DNA of 64,000 nt from Lytechinus pictus (Eukaryota): contig NC_087263.1 in assembly GCF_037042905.1 (NCBI RefSeq), positions 13,022,001-13,086,000 of the forward strand, written 5' to 3'. A model generated the notes under the pieces. It searched no databases. It was not told where the DNA came from and saw only the letters and a program-made list of their open reading frames with translations. Positions 13,225 through 26,481 of this stretch are shown here, piece by piece (position 1 is the first letter of the stretch; each line of letters opens with the position of its first letter). The position numbers were made by a program, and so were the translations under genes.

Positions 13225-14070
13225 GGTCAAAGGTCAGTGCTGCCTCTTACGTGCAGGATTCCAGCAAGCGTCTTTTCATCACTAAATTTCACATTCAACA
13301 TTGACCTCGAGAATGACATCCTCCTTGGAAATATTGCCAAGCTGATGATAGCAGAATCTAAAGCAAGGAGAACGACATTGGATGTCGAAGGTCAGCACCG
13401 ATTCTTACATGCAGGAATCCAGTGTCTTTTCATCACTTATCTTCTCAGTCACCTTTGACCCCAAGAATGAAAACATTGCCAAGCTGAAGAGAGCAGAATC
13501 TAGAGCAAGGAGAACAACATCGAAGGTTGAAGATCAGCATCGATTCATACATGCAGGAATCCAGCATCTTTTCATCACTAAACTTCTCAGTCACCTTTGA
13601 CCCCAAGAATGAAATCCTCATGGAAAACATTGCCAAGCTGAAGAGAGCGAAATCTAGAGCAAAAAGAGCGACATCGGATGTCGAAGGTCAGCATCAATTC
13701 TTACATGCAGGAATCCCGCAAGCATCTTTTTATCAGTAACCTTTGTATTCATCATTGACTTCAAGAATTACATAGGAAACATCTCCAAGCTAAAGAAAGT
13801 GGAATCGAAAGCAAGAACTACATAGGACACAGAGGTCAGAGCCGCTTAGAACACGCAGAAATCCAGCAAGCGTCTTTTCATCACTAAATTTCACATTCAA
13901 CATTGACCTCAAGATTGACATCGTCATTGAAAATATTGCCAAGCTGAGGAGAGCAGAATTCCAAAGCAAGGAGAACAACTTAGGATATCAAAGGTCGGCG
14001 CGGTTTTCTTACTCGCAGGAATACCGCAGGTCTACGTCTTTTAATCTAATCCTTTCAGTCATCATTGACC
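13145..14070 (+). repeat. Degenerate ~150-bp tandem array derived from the end of the TMTC1 coding sequence
   Basis: Units start (ttgacc/ttgact) at 13145, 13301, 13455, 13597, 13755, 13903 and 14065 (partial); each full unit has an aaa(c/t)at..ccaagct...agaatc core. Confidence 0.9.
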
Positions 14071-14107
14071 TAAAGCCCATCTGTAGCTTTGGTAAACGTG
14101 GGTCCTA

Positions 14108-14578
14108 CAGACCTGCCAACCAGTACGTTTTAGCCGTATTGAGTACGTTTTTGCAACCAAAATACGCAGTACGTTTTTTATTTAAAAAATACGTTTTTTG
14201 TATTAAAAAAAAACTACAAAATGATAATTTATTGATAAAAATCATCTCTATTTCATAAAACGTACACAATTATGGTTGTTATATCAATGTAATTTCTGGT
14301 AACTTGTTTTTTTTTTCAATTATTTTGTAAAAACCAGGGTGAGATATACACAAGTTTCAATTTTTTTTTTCATCTGCAAGAGCAGTGCGCATTTAAGCTT
14401 GCATGCAGCTTGAGCGCCGTGATGGGCGAGTGCGCCAAGTATTTTATTATGAAATACACTTTTTGGGGGAAAATGCAAAATATTTATCTCACACGCTAAA
14501 AATACTGATATTTTTGTCAAAATACTGATTTTGGGGGATAAGAATACTGAAAATGCAAAATACAACTTGGCAGCTCTG
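14108..14578. mobile_element. MITE with 6-bp TSD (hAT-like termini)
   Basis: TIRs cagacctgccaac / cttggcagctctg flanked by gtccta on both sides. Confidence 0.7.
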
Positions 14579-15639
14579 GTCCTAGGTTTGTATGATGATT
14601 ACTATGTAAGCTTAATATTCCAACGATTACTATGTATAGCCAAAGACTTTATCTCATCTTGCCATCTTTTCATACTTTCATGTTTCATTTTGGAGTACTA
14701 GATTGTAGTCTGTGTGCTAGGTTTTACGAATGTGCTATAGTCTGGTGTGCGTACATTCATATGTAAGATGTAATCTTTCAACTTTGTGTGCTTATTGACG
14801 ATAGTGTTTCCCCCATCTATATACATATCGGGGAAGTGTGATTGCTGATGAATAGATATTTATTAAAACAATTTGATAAAAATATCCAGTATGCTTATTT
14901 TAATAAATAAAAAAGTTTTTATTTAATTGATATCTTAGAAACACTTATTCTTTGGTGCATTTACAGATTTTATGAATGTTGCCTTATATGTACATGTACA
15001 AGCATTGCATACTCTTTATGGAGGTAATATTTTTCTTTGTCAACATTTGTATAGACCATTGCAAAGAGATAAATTGGCAAATGGGGCTGAATTGCCCCTC
15101 TTTTGCTATAGGAATTACCTGTTTAGGATTAATGAAATTAAGTAATATATTTTATTCAATAAATGCCAATGAAATAAATTTATATTTAGAAATAGTCAGT
15201 GCAATAGCAAGAACGAAATTTTTATTTCACATAGCAGATTATATAATCATATAATTTTTTGTATACTTTTACGTTTGTGTGTTGCATAATTCCACCACCG
15301 AATTCTCAAGTGTTTTGCTTTTTGGATAAAGAGTCCATCTGCGTTGCCTTATTGCGTTTCTGCTTTTGGTGTGTTGTTTGTTTGTTTCATCTGATGATTT
15401 GGAGCTTCAGGAATTGTAATAAATAAATTCAATTGAAATTGAATGGATTCAGATCCATATTACAGGGCATCCAATACAGTCTATTCTGTCTTGTTTATTG
15501 TTTACCTTTCTAGCCGTAATAAATGTAATTGTGTTTATTACAGTTGCTGCATCACAGGAAGAAAGGGGGGGAGAGAAACGGAAACATGGTGGGGAGAAAT
15601 ATATAGGGAAAAGAGAAAGGAGAGAAAGAAAGGAGAACA

Positions 15640-15786
15640 GGGCCTGTTGCAGAAAGAGTTGCAATCGGTCGCAACTCTAAAAATCATGCGCAACTTGATT
15701 TTCAACCAATCAGCAGCGCGCATTTGGGAATTGCGATTGATTTTTTGACTTGCGTTTAAACCCAACTCTTTCTGCAACGGACCCCA
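15640..15786. mobile_element. Short palindromic MITE (copies ~18162-18277 and ~27687-27832)
   Basis: ggcctgttgcagaaagagttg ... caactctttctgcaacggacccc; close copy at 27687. Confidence 0.75.
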
Positions 15787-16049
15787 GATCAAGGAAAAGG
15801 GGTCGAAAGGGTTACACAACATAATTTGCTCCTGCGACAATTGCTCCGGGCTCTATTTCGTCCAAGATGTAGGGCTAGGATTGCAGTAGGGTTTTGTGTC
15901 GGGTTTATGGTGGGGTATAGTGTTAAACTCACTGTTGAAGTTATTTAGTTTTTCTATTGTTTCCATGACATTTGCTCCAGCGACAATTGCTCTGCTGTAA
16001 ATTCCACACACTTTGATGAAATTACCATCTTCAACCCTGGATTTAACAC

Positions 16050-16335
16050 TAATAATAATAATAATAATAATAATAGCTCGATTTATGAAGCGCCTTTTGC
16101 CAGAGGATACAAAGCACTGCTATCATTACCCCGGCTTTAGCTTGAGCTACCATCACCTGCGCTCAGTGCATGCAAGGAATTACTCCTGCTGGGTACCCAT
16201 TCACCTCACCTGGGTCGAGTGCAGCACAGTGTGGATAAATGTCTTGCTGAAAGAAAACACGCCATGGCTACGATTCGAACCCACGACCCTCTGTTTCAAA
16301 GGCGAGAGTCAGAACTACTAGACCACGGCGCACCC
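16050..16335 (-). mobile_element. tRNA-derived SINE, inside a taaccct-rich inverted-repeat element (~15820-16560)
   Basis: Reverse complement of the 10934-11187 family; (ATA)n tail at 16050-16074. Confidence 0.75.
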
Positions 16336-16619
16336 ACTAAACCTAACATAAAACTCTATTGCAACCCTAACCCTATATCTTAGATGAATTGGAGCCCGGA
16401 GCTGTAAATTCCACACACTTTAATGAAATGACCAACTTCAACCCTGGATTGAACACTACCCTAAACCTAACATAAAACCCTAGCTATTGCAACCCTAACC
16501 CTATATCTTAGACAAAATGGAGCCTGGAGCAATTGTCCCGGGAGCAAATGTCGTGGCACCATTCGATAAGTGTGTGAAGCTTATCGCAGAGCAATTGTCG
16601 CTGGAGAAAATGACATGGA

Positions 16620-17580
16620 ACCAAAGAAAGAGGTGCAAAACAGAGAAAGAAAGAGGGGAACAAAAAGGAAGGGGAGAACAGAGAAGATAGAGTGGGAACA
16701 GGGAGAAAGAGGGGGTTCTTGGAGAGAAACGGGATGAGAAACAAAAAAGAGAGAGGGAGCAAAAAGGAAGGGGTGAACAGAAAAGAAGAGGGGAAACGGG
16801 GTGAAAGGGGAAATTTGAGAGAAGTGGGATGAGAAACAGAGAAAGGGGAACAAAAAGGAAGGGGTGAACAGAGAAGAAGAGGGGAAACGGGGAGAAAGAA
16901 GGGGTAATTTGAGAGACACAGGATGAGAAACAAACAAAGAAAGAAGGGAACAAGTAGGAAGGGGGTAAACAGAGAAGATAGAGTGGGAACAGGTAGAAAG
17001 GAGGGGTAATTGGAGAGACACAGGATGAGAAACAAACAAAGAAAGAAGGGAACAAGTAGGAAGGGGGTAAACAGAGAAGATAGAGTGGGAACAGGGAGAA
17101 AGGAGGGGTAATTGGAGAGACACAGGATGAGAAACAAACAAAGAAAGATAGAGAGGACAAAAAGGAAGGGGTGAACCGAGAAGAAGAGGGAAAACAGGGT
17201 GAAAGGGGAAATTGGAGAGAAGCGGGATGAGAAACAAAAAAAGAGAGAGGGAAAAAAAAGAAAGGGGTGAACACAGAAAAAGAGGGGGAACAGGAAGAAA
17301 GAGGAATATGGGAGAGAAATAGGATAAGAAAGAGCGAGAGAGAGAGGGGGAAGGGTATGATAAAGGAAGTGAAAACTTGTGAACGAGTGGAAAACCAGAC
17401 AAAGAGGAAGAGAGTGGGTGAGGAGACTTAAAAAAAAGAGTGAGGGAAAGTAGAAATGGTGGAGGGGGAGGGCGGAATAGAAACGAAGAAAAGGGGAGAT
17501 GGCGAGTGTAGCGGAGAAGACGAGAAATAGAGCGAGGGGGTGGGGAGAGAAGCGAGAAGAAAGGGCGAGATGAACAGACA
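16620..17580. repeat. Purine-rich minisatellite (~100-bp unit) decaying into GA-rich sequence
   Basis: agagaagatagagtgggaacag and ggatgagaaaca recur; explains the three overlapping minus-strand ORFs. Confidence 0.85.
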
Positions 17581-18415
17581 TTTAAGATGAACAGACATTT
17601 AAAACGAGTATATCAATCACCCTGACATAAACATACCACGACAATGATCTTACAAAATACTCCTTTTGTATTTTCTGTCCACTGATTACGAAATCGACTT
17701 TTGTGATTTCGATCCATATCGCCAATATCTGAGAGAAAGCATACAGCGCAAATAAAAACAAAAGTACGGAATATGACTCGGAGGTACTAGCCCAGTAACA
17801 AAACTTAGCAATTGATCGCTGGACTAATTTCTCTGATTGAACATGCATGGTACAATATAACCAATCGTATAAATCAGCCCACGATCAATCCCAAAGTTGT
17901 ATAAATTATTACGATGCCCAATACAGAACAGCTCGTTATCATTTCACTGGAAAAATGAATCTATATTGTTATAGAAACAAATATGAACTTCGGAAAAATA
18001 ATAATCAATTATTACAGGAAACGAATGTAAATTAGGCCTTTGCAGATAGCTGAATAATGGAAATTAGTATTTATAACATTCGTTTACCCAGCCTGTATCT
18101 GGCACGGATTTATCATTTATTCGAAACACACGTTGGAACAATTAACAATCTTTGCTGACCAGGGGGCTTGTTGCACAAAAAGTTGTATTTATACACTACC
18201 CAAAAAACAAGCAAAAACACACTTCATTGGTCGAATGCCAAGTTGCGTTTGACGCAACTCATTCTGCAACGAGCCCCACATTGTACTGTAAAGAAACAAC
18301 ATGATTTTGATTATAAACACAGCAGCTGGTCCCAGATGAGTATGATGCGTGTTATATATATATATACTAGAATTATACATGTATATCGAGCCTGTATATT
18401 TCTATTGTTCATTAA

Positions 18416-19158
18416 CCCTTTAGCACCTGAACCGCCCGAGACCGCCCTTCCTATTACACACTGAACGGCCCTTAACCGTCCGTACGTTTTCTTTGCGCTA
18501 TAGTATCTCTTGTCTATGATTTACCGTGGTAATATTGCGTGTGCATACCGTATAGGTTGGCTGCTACATAAATCTGCATAGAAAAGTGTATGCTCCTATT
18601 GAGTATAATAGAGAAAAACCGATTGACATGCATCGGTGTGTCGCAAGTTCCAGACTGTTGCGCAGTCGATCTCAGCAAAGATGGCTGCGTCCATGTCTCG
18701 GAAAACCACTTACTTCGCCGAAAAAGCTCGGGCCTTGCTATATGTTCATCAAAACGTTGGATATCACACAGAGTGACATCTAGATGTGAGTTGGAATTAA
18801 TTTTTGACATATTTGATCCAAGATTTGGCGAAAACTTTAGTATTCTGTCAGTGATACTTTACATTTTTTTGAAGGCGTGGGACTGGGGCGGCTGAAACCC
18901 GAACTTTTGTTTTTTTTTCTTCTCGCTCTGCAAACGATTGTCAAAGGTCAATATTCGTACATCTGATTGAACTGTGCCATGTACCATTCTATTCAACAGG
19001 TCCTATGCTACAAAATAAATATAACTTATAATGAACAAAAGTAAATTTATAAAAAAATATTTCAATTTGTTTGGAACAATGCCTACTTATTACCAGTTTT
19101 ATTGTTTCCTCCAGTGAGTAATTGCCATTATGCATAGGAATCTGTAGGTGCTAGAGGG
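18416..19158. mobile_element. Non-autonomous piggyBac-like element
   Basis: TTAA|ccctttagcacct ... aggtgctagaggg|TTAA. Confidence 0.75.
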
Positions 19159-19162
19159 TTAA

Positions 19163-21530
19163 GGACGTTCCACAGTTATGTTTGTGCGCATCATGATCTG
19201 CGCATATTTTACACTCTGCGCGCTGACGTCACAATGGATGAACTGGTGCTTAATCAGCTGTAGGTAACGTGAGCTGATTTTTCTCATAAGCTTATCTGCA
19301 CAAACTGCAGATCCGATGTGTTATTTTATGAAGCTAATAAAGTGGAATTATTCCATGGACCATTTTTTTTATTCCACTTCAATTTCAAAATAGTTTCTCT
19401 GTAGTGCTGCAAAGTATGATGAAAATGACATGGATTTCGAATGTTTGGGAGCGAAATATGGGACCATTTGCATTTTAAAATGTATTAAGATACTTTTTGC
19501 CTGTTTTCGGCGCTTTCTACGGGATTTTCAAGCCAACTTGTAACACTTGGGACACCAATAGTTTAACAAGTGGAACGCCTCTGGCAGTCTCGCCTGCATT
19601 ACGCAATTTAATATAGCAGCAGTGCTAACTTTGAAAACTACTATAAAATAATCATTCACAAAAACACCATTCATATAATGACATAATACCACGTTCATTG
19701 ACCATAAATGACATTTGAACGGTGACTTACATATAAGACTTGTCAACTACACCCATGTCCACATTTCATTCACTCTATCTATGAACTTTCAAAGTTATGA
19801 TGGCAATTCAACAATTACCCCAACATGGCCCAAGTTTATTGACCTTAACTGACCTTTGACCTTGGTTTTGTGACCTGAAACTCACAGGGGATGTTCAGTG
19901 ATACTTGATTACTCTTATATCCCAAGTTTTATGAACTAGATCCATAAACTTTCAGAGTTAGGATGGTAATTCAACAAATACCTCCAACACGGCCAAATGT
20001 CATTGACCTTTAATGACCTTTGACCATGGTCATGTGACCTGAAACTCGTACAGGATGTTCAGTGATACTTGATTACTCTTATGTCCAAGTTTTATGAACT
20101 AGATCCGTAAACTTTCAGAGTTAGGATGGTAATTTAACAAATACCCCCAACACGGCCAAAGTTCATTGACCTTAAATGACCATTGACCATAGTCATGTGA
20201 CCTGAAACTCGCACAGGATATTCAGTGGTACTTGACTAACTTAATGTCCAAGTTTCATGAACTAGATCCATAAATTTTCAAAGTTATGATGGTAATTCAA
20301 CAAATACCCCCAACTTGGCCAAAGTTCATTGACCCTAAATGACCTTTGACCTTGGTCATGTGACCTGAAACTCAGGCAGGATGTTCACTAATACTTGATT
20401 AACCTTATGTCCAGGTTTCATGAACTAGATCCATAAATTTTCTAAGCTATGATGTCATTTCAAAAACTTAACCTTCGGTTAAGATTTTGAAAATAATTCT
20501 CCCAACATGGTCAAAGTTCATTGACCCTAAATGACCTTTGATCGTGGTCATGTGACCTGAAACTCAGGCAGGATGTTCAGTAATACTTGATTAACCTTAT
20601 GTCCAAGTTTCATGAACTAGGTCTATATACTTTCTAAGTTATGATGTCATTTCAAAAACTTAACCTTAGGTTAAGATTTGATGTTGACGCCGCCGCCGCC
20701 GCCGCCGCCGTCGGAAAAGCGGCGCCTATAGTCTCGCTCTGCTATGCAGGCGAGACAAAAACGAGCACATGGACCCCATATTTTAAATATTTTTTCTTCA
20801 TAGTATATTCTTCTACAAATCTAGATAGTATGATGAAAATGACATGGATTTTGAATGTTTGGGGGCAAAACTACGGAACCATTCGCATTTTAGACGGTAT
20901 TATTAGACTTTTGCACGTTTTGGACGCATTTTCGGCGATTTTCATGCCAACTCGCATCACTTTGGACACTCATGATTAAAAAACGAGCACATGGACCCCA
21001 TATTTTCAACGTCCCTACACCTTCGACATGCATTCCTCTACAATTTAACCGAATTTGATGAAAATTACATGGATTTTGAAAAAAGTGCAGCTTACAAAAT
21101 GATTTTTTTAATTTTTGAGTAGATTCACGAATCTTAAGATTAGTTTTTTTCGAGTTTTTGCACCATTATTGCCAAATAAGGGCGCTGCTGACTCCAAATT
21201 GATATAGTTTTACCAATTAAAAGACTTGCTCTTACTTTGTTATACACTTTGCTATATATCTTGAAAATTTGATAAGTTTGATGCGGTATCCACTGAGTAA
21301 AGATGATTTAAACTCATTTGGTGAATTCGTGAGGTCTAAGAGAGGCATGATTCTCTTGATTGCGCAAGATTGCATGTCATTCAAATACGGCGACTTTGAA
21401 GACCCGTAGAAAAAAATAAGCACATGAACCTATATTATTTTTTGCATTTTCATAATGCATAGATACCAAAGTAACTCTCTGCAAAATTTGGTGAAAATGA
21501 CATGGACTTCACTTTAACTGTGGAACGTCC
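19163..21530. mobile_element. Non-autonomous Kolobok-like element with internal direct repeats and a nested insertion
   Basis: TTAA|ggacgttccacagtta ... taactgtggaacgtcc|TTAA (perfect 16-bp TIR); internal repeats of tgaaaatgacatgga. Confidence 0.75.
19565..20760 (+). mobile_element. Helentron-associated (HINE-like) element with a ~163-bp internal tandem array
   Basis: Subterminal IR gtctcgcctgcat / atgcaggcgagac, (GCC)n microsatellite, about 5 units with gacctttgacc..gtgacctgaaactc, insertion in an A-run without TSD. Confidence 0.7.
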
Positions 21531-22055
21531 TTAAAGTCCTCTCATCACGAAAACAGTTTCTTGTCATATTTCAAATTAACAAACTGTTATCTCAAAGGGT
21601 TACGCTACCTATATTAGATATGTTTCTATATTAGATGAAGTTAACAAGCCTGAAGTTTTGTTCACATCCATTCTTGTGGTTCCCATGGCTTGTGAAGGCA
21701 CGTAGGATCTAGCCGTATACAGAAATGGAGCGGGCAAGCAACCCCCCCCCCCCCCGCCCTTTATAAAAAAAAAAAAACATCAAAAAAATCAAAACCCTTT
21801 CATTATTGGAAGTGTTTTCTGACCTGTTCAGTTCCAGCAATAATGTTCACAAACTTGTGAAAGAAAACATACGCTCTTGTTATTTTTTATCAGCTTGGTC
21901 GCTTCATTTTCTCGGTTTTTTCACTTAATTTATTCCGTCGCTCGCATAATTCTGCTCATGAGCATAGGTTATTCTGATCCGGTAGGAAAAATCCAATGTA
22001 AGTCCTCTTTTACAGATTAACCATAGAAATCTTTATTCGGTGTCCGTTTCATCGC

Positions 22056-25000
22056 TCAACGCAATAGCGTTGCCATGGTAACAGATGCGATCATCAGTCC
22101 TCTCTTCATCATCATCCATGTTCGTGTATCTTGATTGACCGTCGAGGCTTTGGAGCGGACGAGAGCTGGAGAGATTGTTAAGCAACGATAGCCGAAGCAA
22201 TTATACGCTGGCCCGTAGCCATGGCGACCAGACCGGGGTAGCGATCCGTTTCCGGTGTTCGGGGCGAACGGGGAGAGGACGATTTCTGTTTCAAATGAAA
22301 GGAAATGAAGTAGCACAATGTGAGTAAATACCCCGGTAAATACATTAACTTCCTATAAATGACAAAATAATGAGTAAATTTAATGCTATTCTTCTACATC
22401 CATCTAACGGTTTTTCATCACGACAGTACGCAGGCCTTTCATGTCTCTATATGGTGTACTCCTGGCTACAGATGGGGGGTGGGAATTTGCGCCCCCTTCA
22501 AAAAAATCAATACCAATTAATAAAAAAGGGAAAGGTTAAAAAAGAGTGAAATACCATCTTGTTTTCTGATGTTATGTCAAAATCTATTTAAAAAATTTGA
22601 TTTATGTAATCAAACGGGTGAATATTTGTTCGGTCGCAACTTGTTAGAAATTTTGCTCCGTAGGCCATGTATGGCCCCCTCAAAGTGTTGGGCTAATTAT
22701 GCCAAAGGGCGTCAGGCTGATCGATGCCTCGTGATGGACCTCCCCTACCCCCTTTCCTTGAAAAAAAAATAATTTCGTTCTTCAGATATAACTTACTCGA
22801 GCATCGGTCCACGTCCTTGTACCTGTCGCACACTTGGCGCATGCAGTCGCAGGCGTGCGCCACTCGTCGCACCGTCAACCCGTTAGCGTAACACAGCAAC
22901 CCATCATTCGCCATGTCCAGATAGTCCTCCACAATGTCGCCATCGTACCCTTGAATCGCCACGTTCTCGGCGTGGTCGTGCACCTCGTCGATGACTTCGG
23001 AATTACAAAGTCCGTTTTCACTGACAACCTCGCTGTGAAATTGACTGCAGACAGCCGATAGGTGCCATGTCATTTTTGAGACTGGATAAAGGCCTATATA
23101 GAAACCGGAAATACTTTATCAATTAAAATATAATATGATTTTGTTTACACCTTATAGGTTTTGGTTTCGGGTGGTGCTGCATGGGACAGGAGGTGAACGC
23201 CCCTTAATTTTTCAAGTAGTGTAAGGGGGAGAAAAAAAGGAGGAAGACTAGAAACGAAGAAAGAAGAGCATAAAAAAAAGAATAAATAGTGTGATTCTAC
23301 ATGTACACCTGTATTTCAATTTAGAATAAGCTTATAACCCCCCCCCCCCTCCCCTTCGATACTAGTGTCACCACTGGTTTATTTGCATGTCGCAGTTCAG
23401 CTTACATCGGACAGTAGGCCCAAGTTCATTGCCTTGGATCAGGTTATCAAATTCCATACAGAAATGTTTCATTACACCAATACAAAAACCAAATTTATTA
23501 AATTGTAATTGGAACATCGGATCATGAAGGAAAAAATGATGATGATAATTATAATAATAATAATAACAGTAATATTAATAATAATGGTGATGTCTTATTG
23601 AGCGCACACACCGTTCAAAGACGCCCATGGCACTGAGGTCAACTAAAAAGATGACGCAGGAAACCATTCTTAGCATATATATATATATATACATACATAT
23701 GAACGACTACAAATATAAATGTATTCATAAAAAAGAGTTCTTAAGTTACTACCAGCGCAGTTTTGCATCACCCACCAAAATTTATAGCTATATCCTGGTA
23801 GGGCCTGGTGCCCCACTGCTTGCTGCTCCGTTCACCCACAATTTAAGGTGCAAGCCAGGTCAGCTCAGTACTCACAGGAGCTGTAGCAAATAGGGGCACC
23901 AGCCCCCATACGAAGCTAGTCAGACCAATGAGTGATGACAAAACAAGATTTAGAGGGTACTACTTTACATGTATACAAAACAATTTTTATTTCTAAGAAA
24001 TATGGATTCGGTTTATCCCTGCTCGAAAGAGCACAATATCACAAAGTGTGTTTATACAGTGTTCATTGCATGTTTACAGCGTGTTGACAACATGTTTTGC
24101 GTTCGCGGTGTGTTCGCATAGTAACTTGTGAAACGGTGATTCACATACTTAAAAATGCTGAAAATAAAAAACTATAAATTTGATTTTACACCCGGTGAGA
24201 CACACAATGGACTATCTTCTTTCAAGCAAAGATGAGATTTTGTAATAATAGTAATAGTAATTATCAGTTTTAATATCGCGCATATTACATAACAAATATG
24301 TCCCCATGCGCTTCAGAAAATAAAGAGATGAAATGAGGAGTCACTTTCTGGAGGTTAGGTACAATTCAAATGAGTAGGTTTTATGCAATTAAAAACTTAC
24401 TTATAACATATAGGCTTACAATAATTCATTATAGATTTCAATTTCAGATGTGAAAGTATTGTACATGTATGACCAGAGGCTTACATTCTTTTTTGGACAA
24501 AGTTATTAAAATACAGATCCATCCCAACAAAAAGTTGAATTTGAATAAAAAGAAAAAAATCCAACAAGCACAACACTGAAAATTTCATCAAATCGGATGT
24601 AAAAGAAAAAAGTTATGACATTTTTAAATTTCGCTTAATTTCACAAAATAGTTAAATGCACATCCCGATCGGAATACAAATGAGGGAACTGATGACATCA
24701 ATCACTCACTAATATGAATTATTCTTATTTTCTCCTCATTGTCCTGTGAAACAAAGTTTTATTTTGCTCTGAACATGTGAAATTGCTATTATTTAACATT
24801 TTGTGGTTCAGTCAAGTTGGTCCTTATTGTCAAATCTTTTAAAATTGAAATATTGTATAATTCAAACAATAAAAAAAAGAAATATTGAGTGAGGGACATC
24901 CTCGATTCTCTCATTTGCATGTGACTGAATTGTGCATATAACTATTTTGTGAAAAATAAGCGAAACTTTAAAATGTCATAACTTTCTTATTTTTCATCCG

Positions 25001-26481
25001 ATTTTGATGAAATTTTCAGCGTTATGCTTCTCTGACTTTTTTCTATTGATTTAAATCATCATTTTTCTGAGATGGACTTGACCTTTAAAATATGTAGTAT
25101 AGACATTATCTACTTACTCTGTGCTTTCGTATTACGTAATCCAACAAGTACGCAAAGACATAAGGCCACTCCGAAATGTTCCTAAAAAGCGGAAAAATAA
25201 CAAATATATATATGTATATATCATGTATATATCTGAGCGGAATACAAGTTATGACAGGGGGGAAGGGTTATCATGATGATGCTGACACCAATGAGCATAT
25301 CAAATCGGGGAAAAAATAAGTGTGGAGTAATTCATACAATAAAAAAAAGATAGAAAGTGTGCCGTCATCAACTCTCTCACTTTCACATCACTGTAGTATG
25401 TATACTACTGTTTTGTAGAAAACAAGCGGAATTGTCGTCACATTTATTACATCATATTTCGAAGAAAATACTCAGCATTATCCTTGTACTTTTCTCCTTT
25501 TATTCAATTCCTTTTGAAGATGACTATCCCCTTGATTATTAATACATCGTCACGGTGTTTGAAAAAAAAAATATTGAGTAACACTTCTGATCGGAAAATC
25601 GCAACGGACAGTGTGTTCAGTTTCGTGCAAAGTATCCACACAGATGTGATTCACCCTGTTAAAATGCTCGAATTTTACAGTCATGGTGATGATGAAATTT
25701 TCACACTGTGGACACTTTCACAGTGTGGAAGCTCACGGTGTGTTCATATATAGTGGAATGTGTGAAAATGTGATTCACACTCACTTATGAAATGCCAAAT
25801 TCTGATAGAGTGAACATAATTATTTGAACACTGTGTTCTTTGCTGTGAACAAAGAACGAATACACTGTTAACAGATGGTGGACACACTGTGATTGTGGCC
25901 ACACGGCAAACACTCATTGAACACACTATAAATACACTGTGTTCTACAACGTGAATACACGTTCAACACTCGATGAAATCAGTCTGAATACAGCTGTGAG
26001 CACACTGTGAACACACTGATGGACACACTGTGATCACAATGTGGGACACATGTGTTATTTTCAGCAGGGAAATTAATACATCAAATTCAAAGCAGGGGCG
26101 GATCAAGGATTTTCCGAAATGGGGCACATTTTCAGATAAAAATTTGAAAGCCCCCCCCAAAAAAAAAAAAAAAAAAAAAAAGGGTTTTCACCTAAAATTG
26201 AAGGTCATTTCGTCCACGGAAAATTTGACAAGCAAGAAGAAAAAAAGGTTTTAACCTTAAATTGAAGGTCATTAACTCCGCTGAAAAAAGGAAAAGCAAA
26301 AAAAAAACATTTTCAAGGGGGGGGGGCACACTTGGGCTTGGGTAGAAACGCCATATTAACATAACAAATTTTGAATATAGGGGGTACAGGCCGGACCCCC
26401 CCCCCCCCCCGGATCCGCCACTACTTCAAAACACTGCAAGATCTCAATATTCCATTCATTAATCTGACATACACTCACCAT
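22056..26481 (-). CDS. Uncharacterised 197-aa Cys-rich secreted or GPI-anchored protein; coding exons 26481-26479, 25181-25118, 23093-22797, 22285-22056
   Basis: Three GT-AG introns (gtgagt, gtaagt, gtaagt) join in phase to 594 nt: MEHFGVALCLCVLVGLRNTKAQSLYPVSKMTWHLSAVC...HACDCMRQVCDRYKDVDRCSKIVLSPF...GLMIASVTMATLLR*. Confidence 0.75.
24506..25088. mobile_element. Long-TIR MITE with TTAA ends (Kolobok-like)
   Basis: Arms ctgaaaatttcatcaaatcggatg..aagttatgacatttt / aaaatgtcataactt..catccgattttgatgaaattttcag. Confidence 0.7.

Noticed and set aside
13145..14070. CRISPR-like periodicity (also 19800-20640 and 39020-39160)
   Set aside because: Whole units are repeated with no unique spacers, there are no cas genes, and the context is eukaryotic.
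16330..16505. Interstitial telomere repeats
   Set aside because: Only scattered taaccct motifs within a dispersed repeat that also occurs at ~30920-31020; no tandem array.
16501..17581. Three long overlapping minus-strand ORFs (257-357 aa)
   Set aside because: Stop-poor translations of a pyrimidine-rich minisatellite strand; open in all frames with no domain signal.
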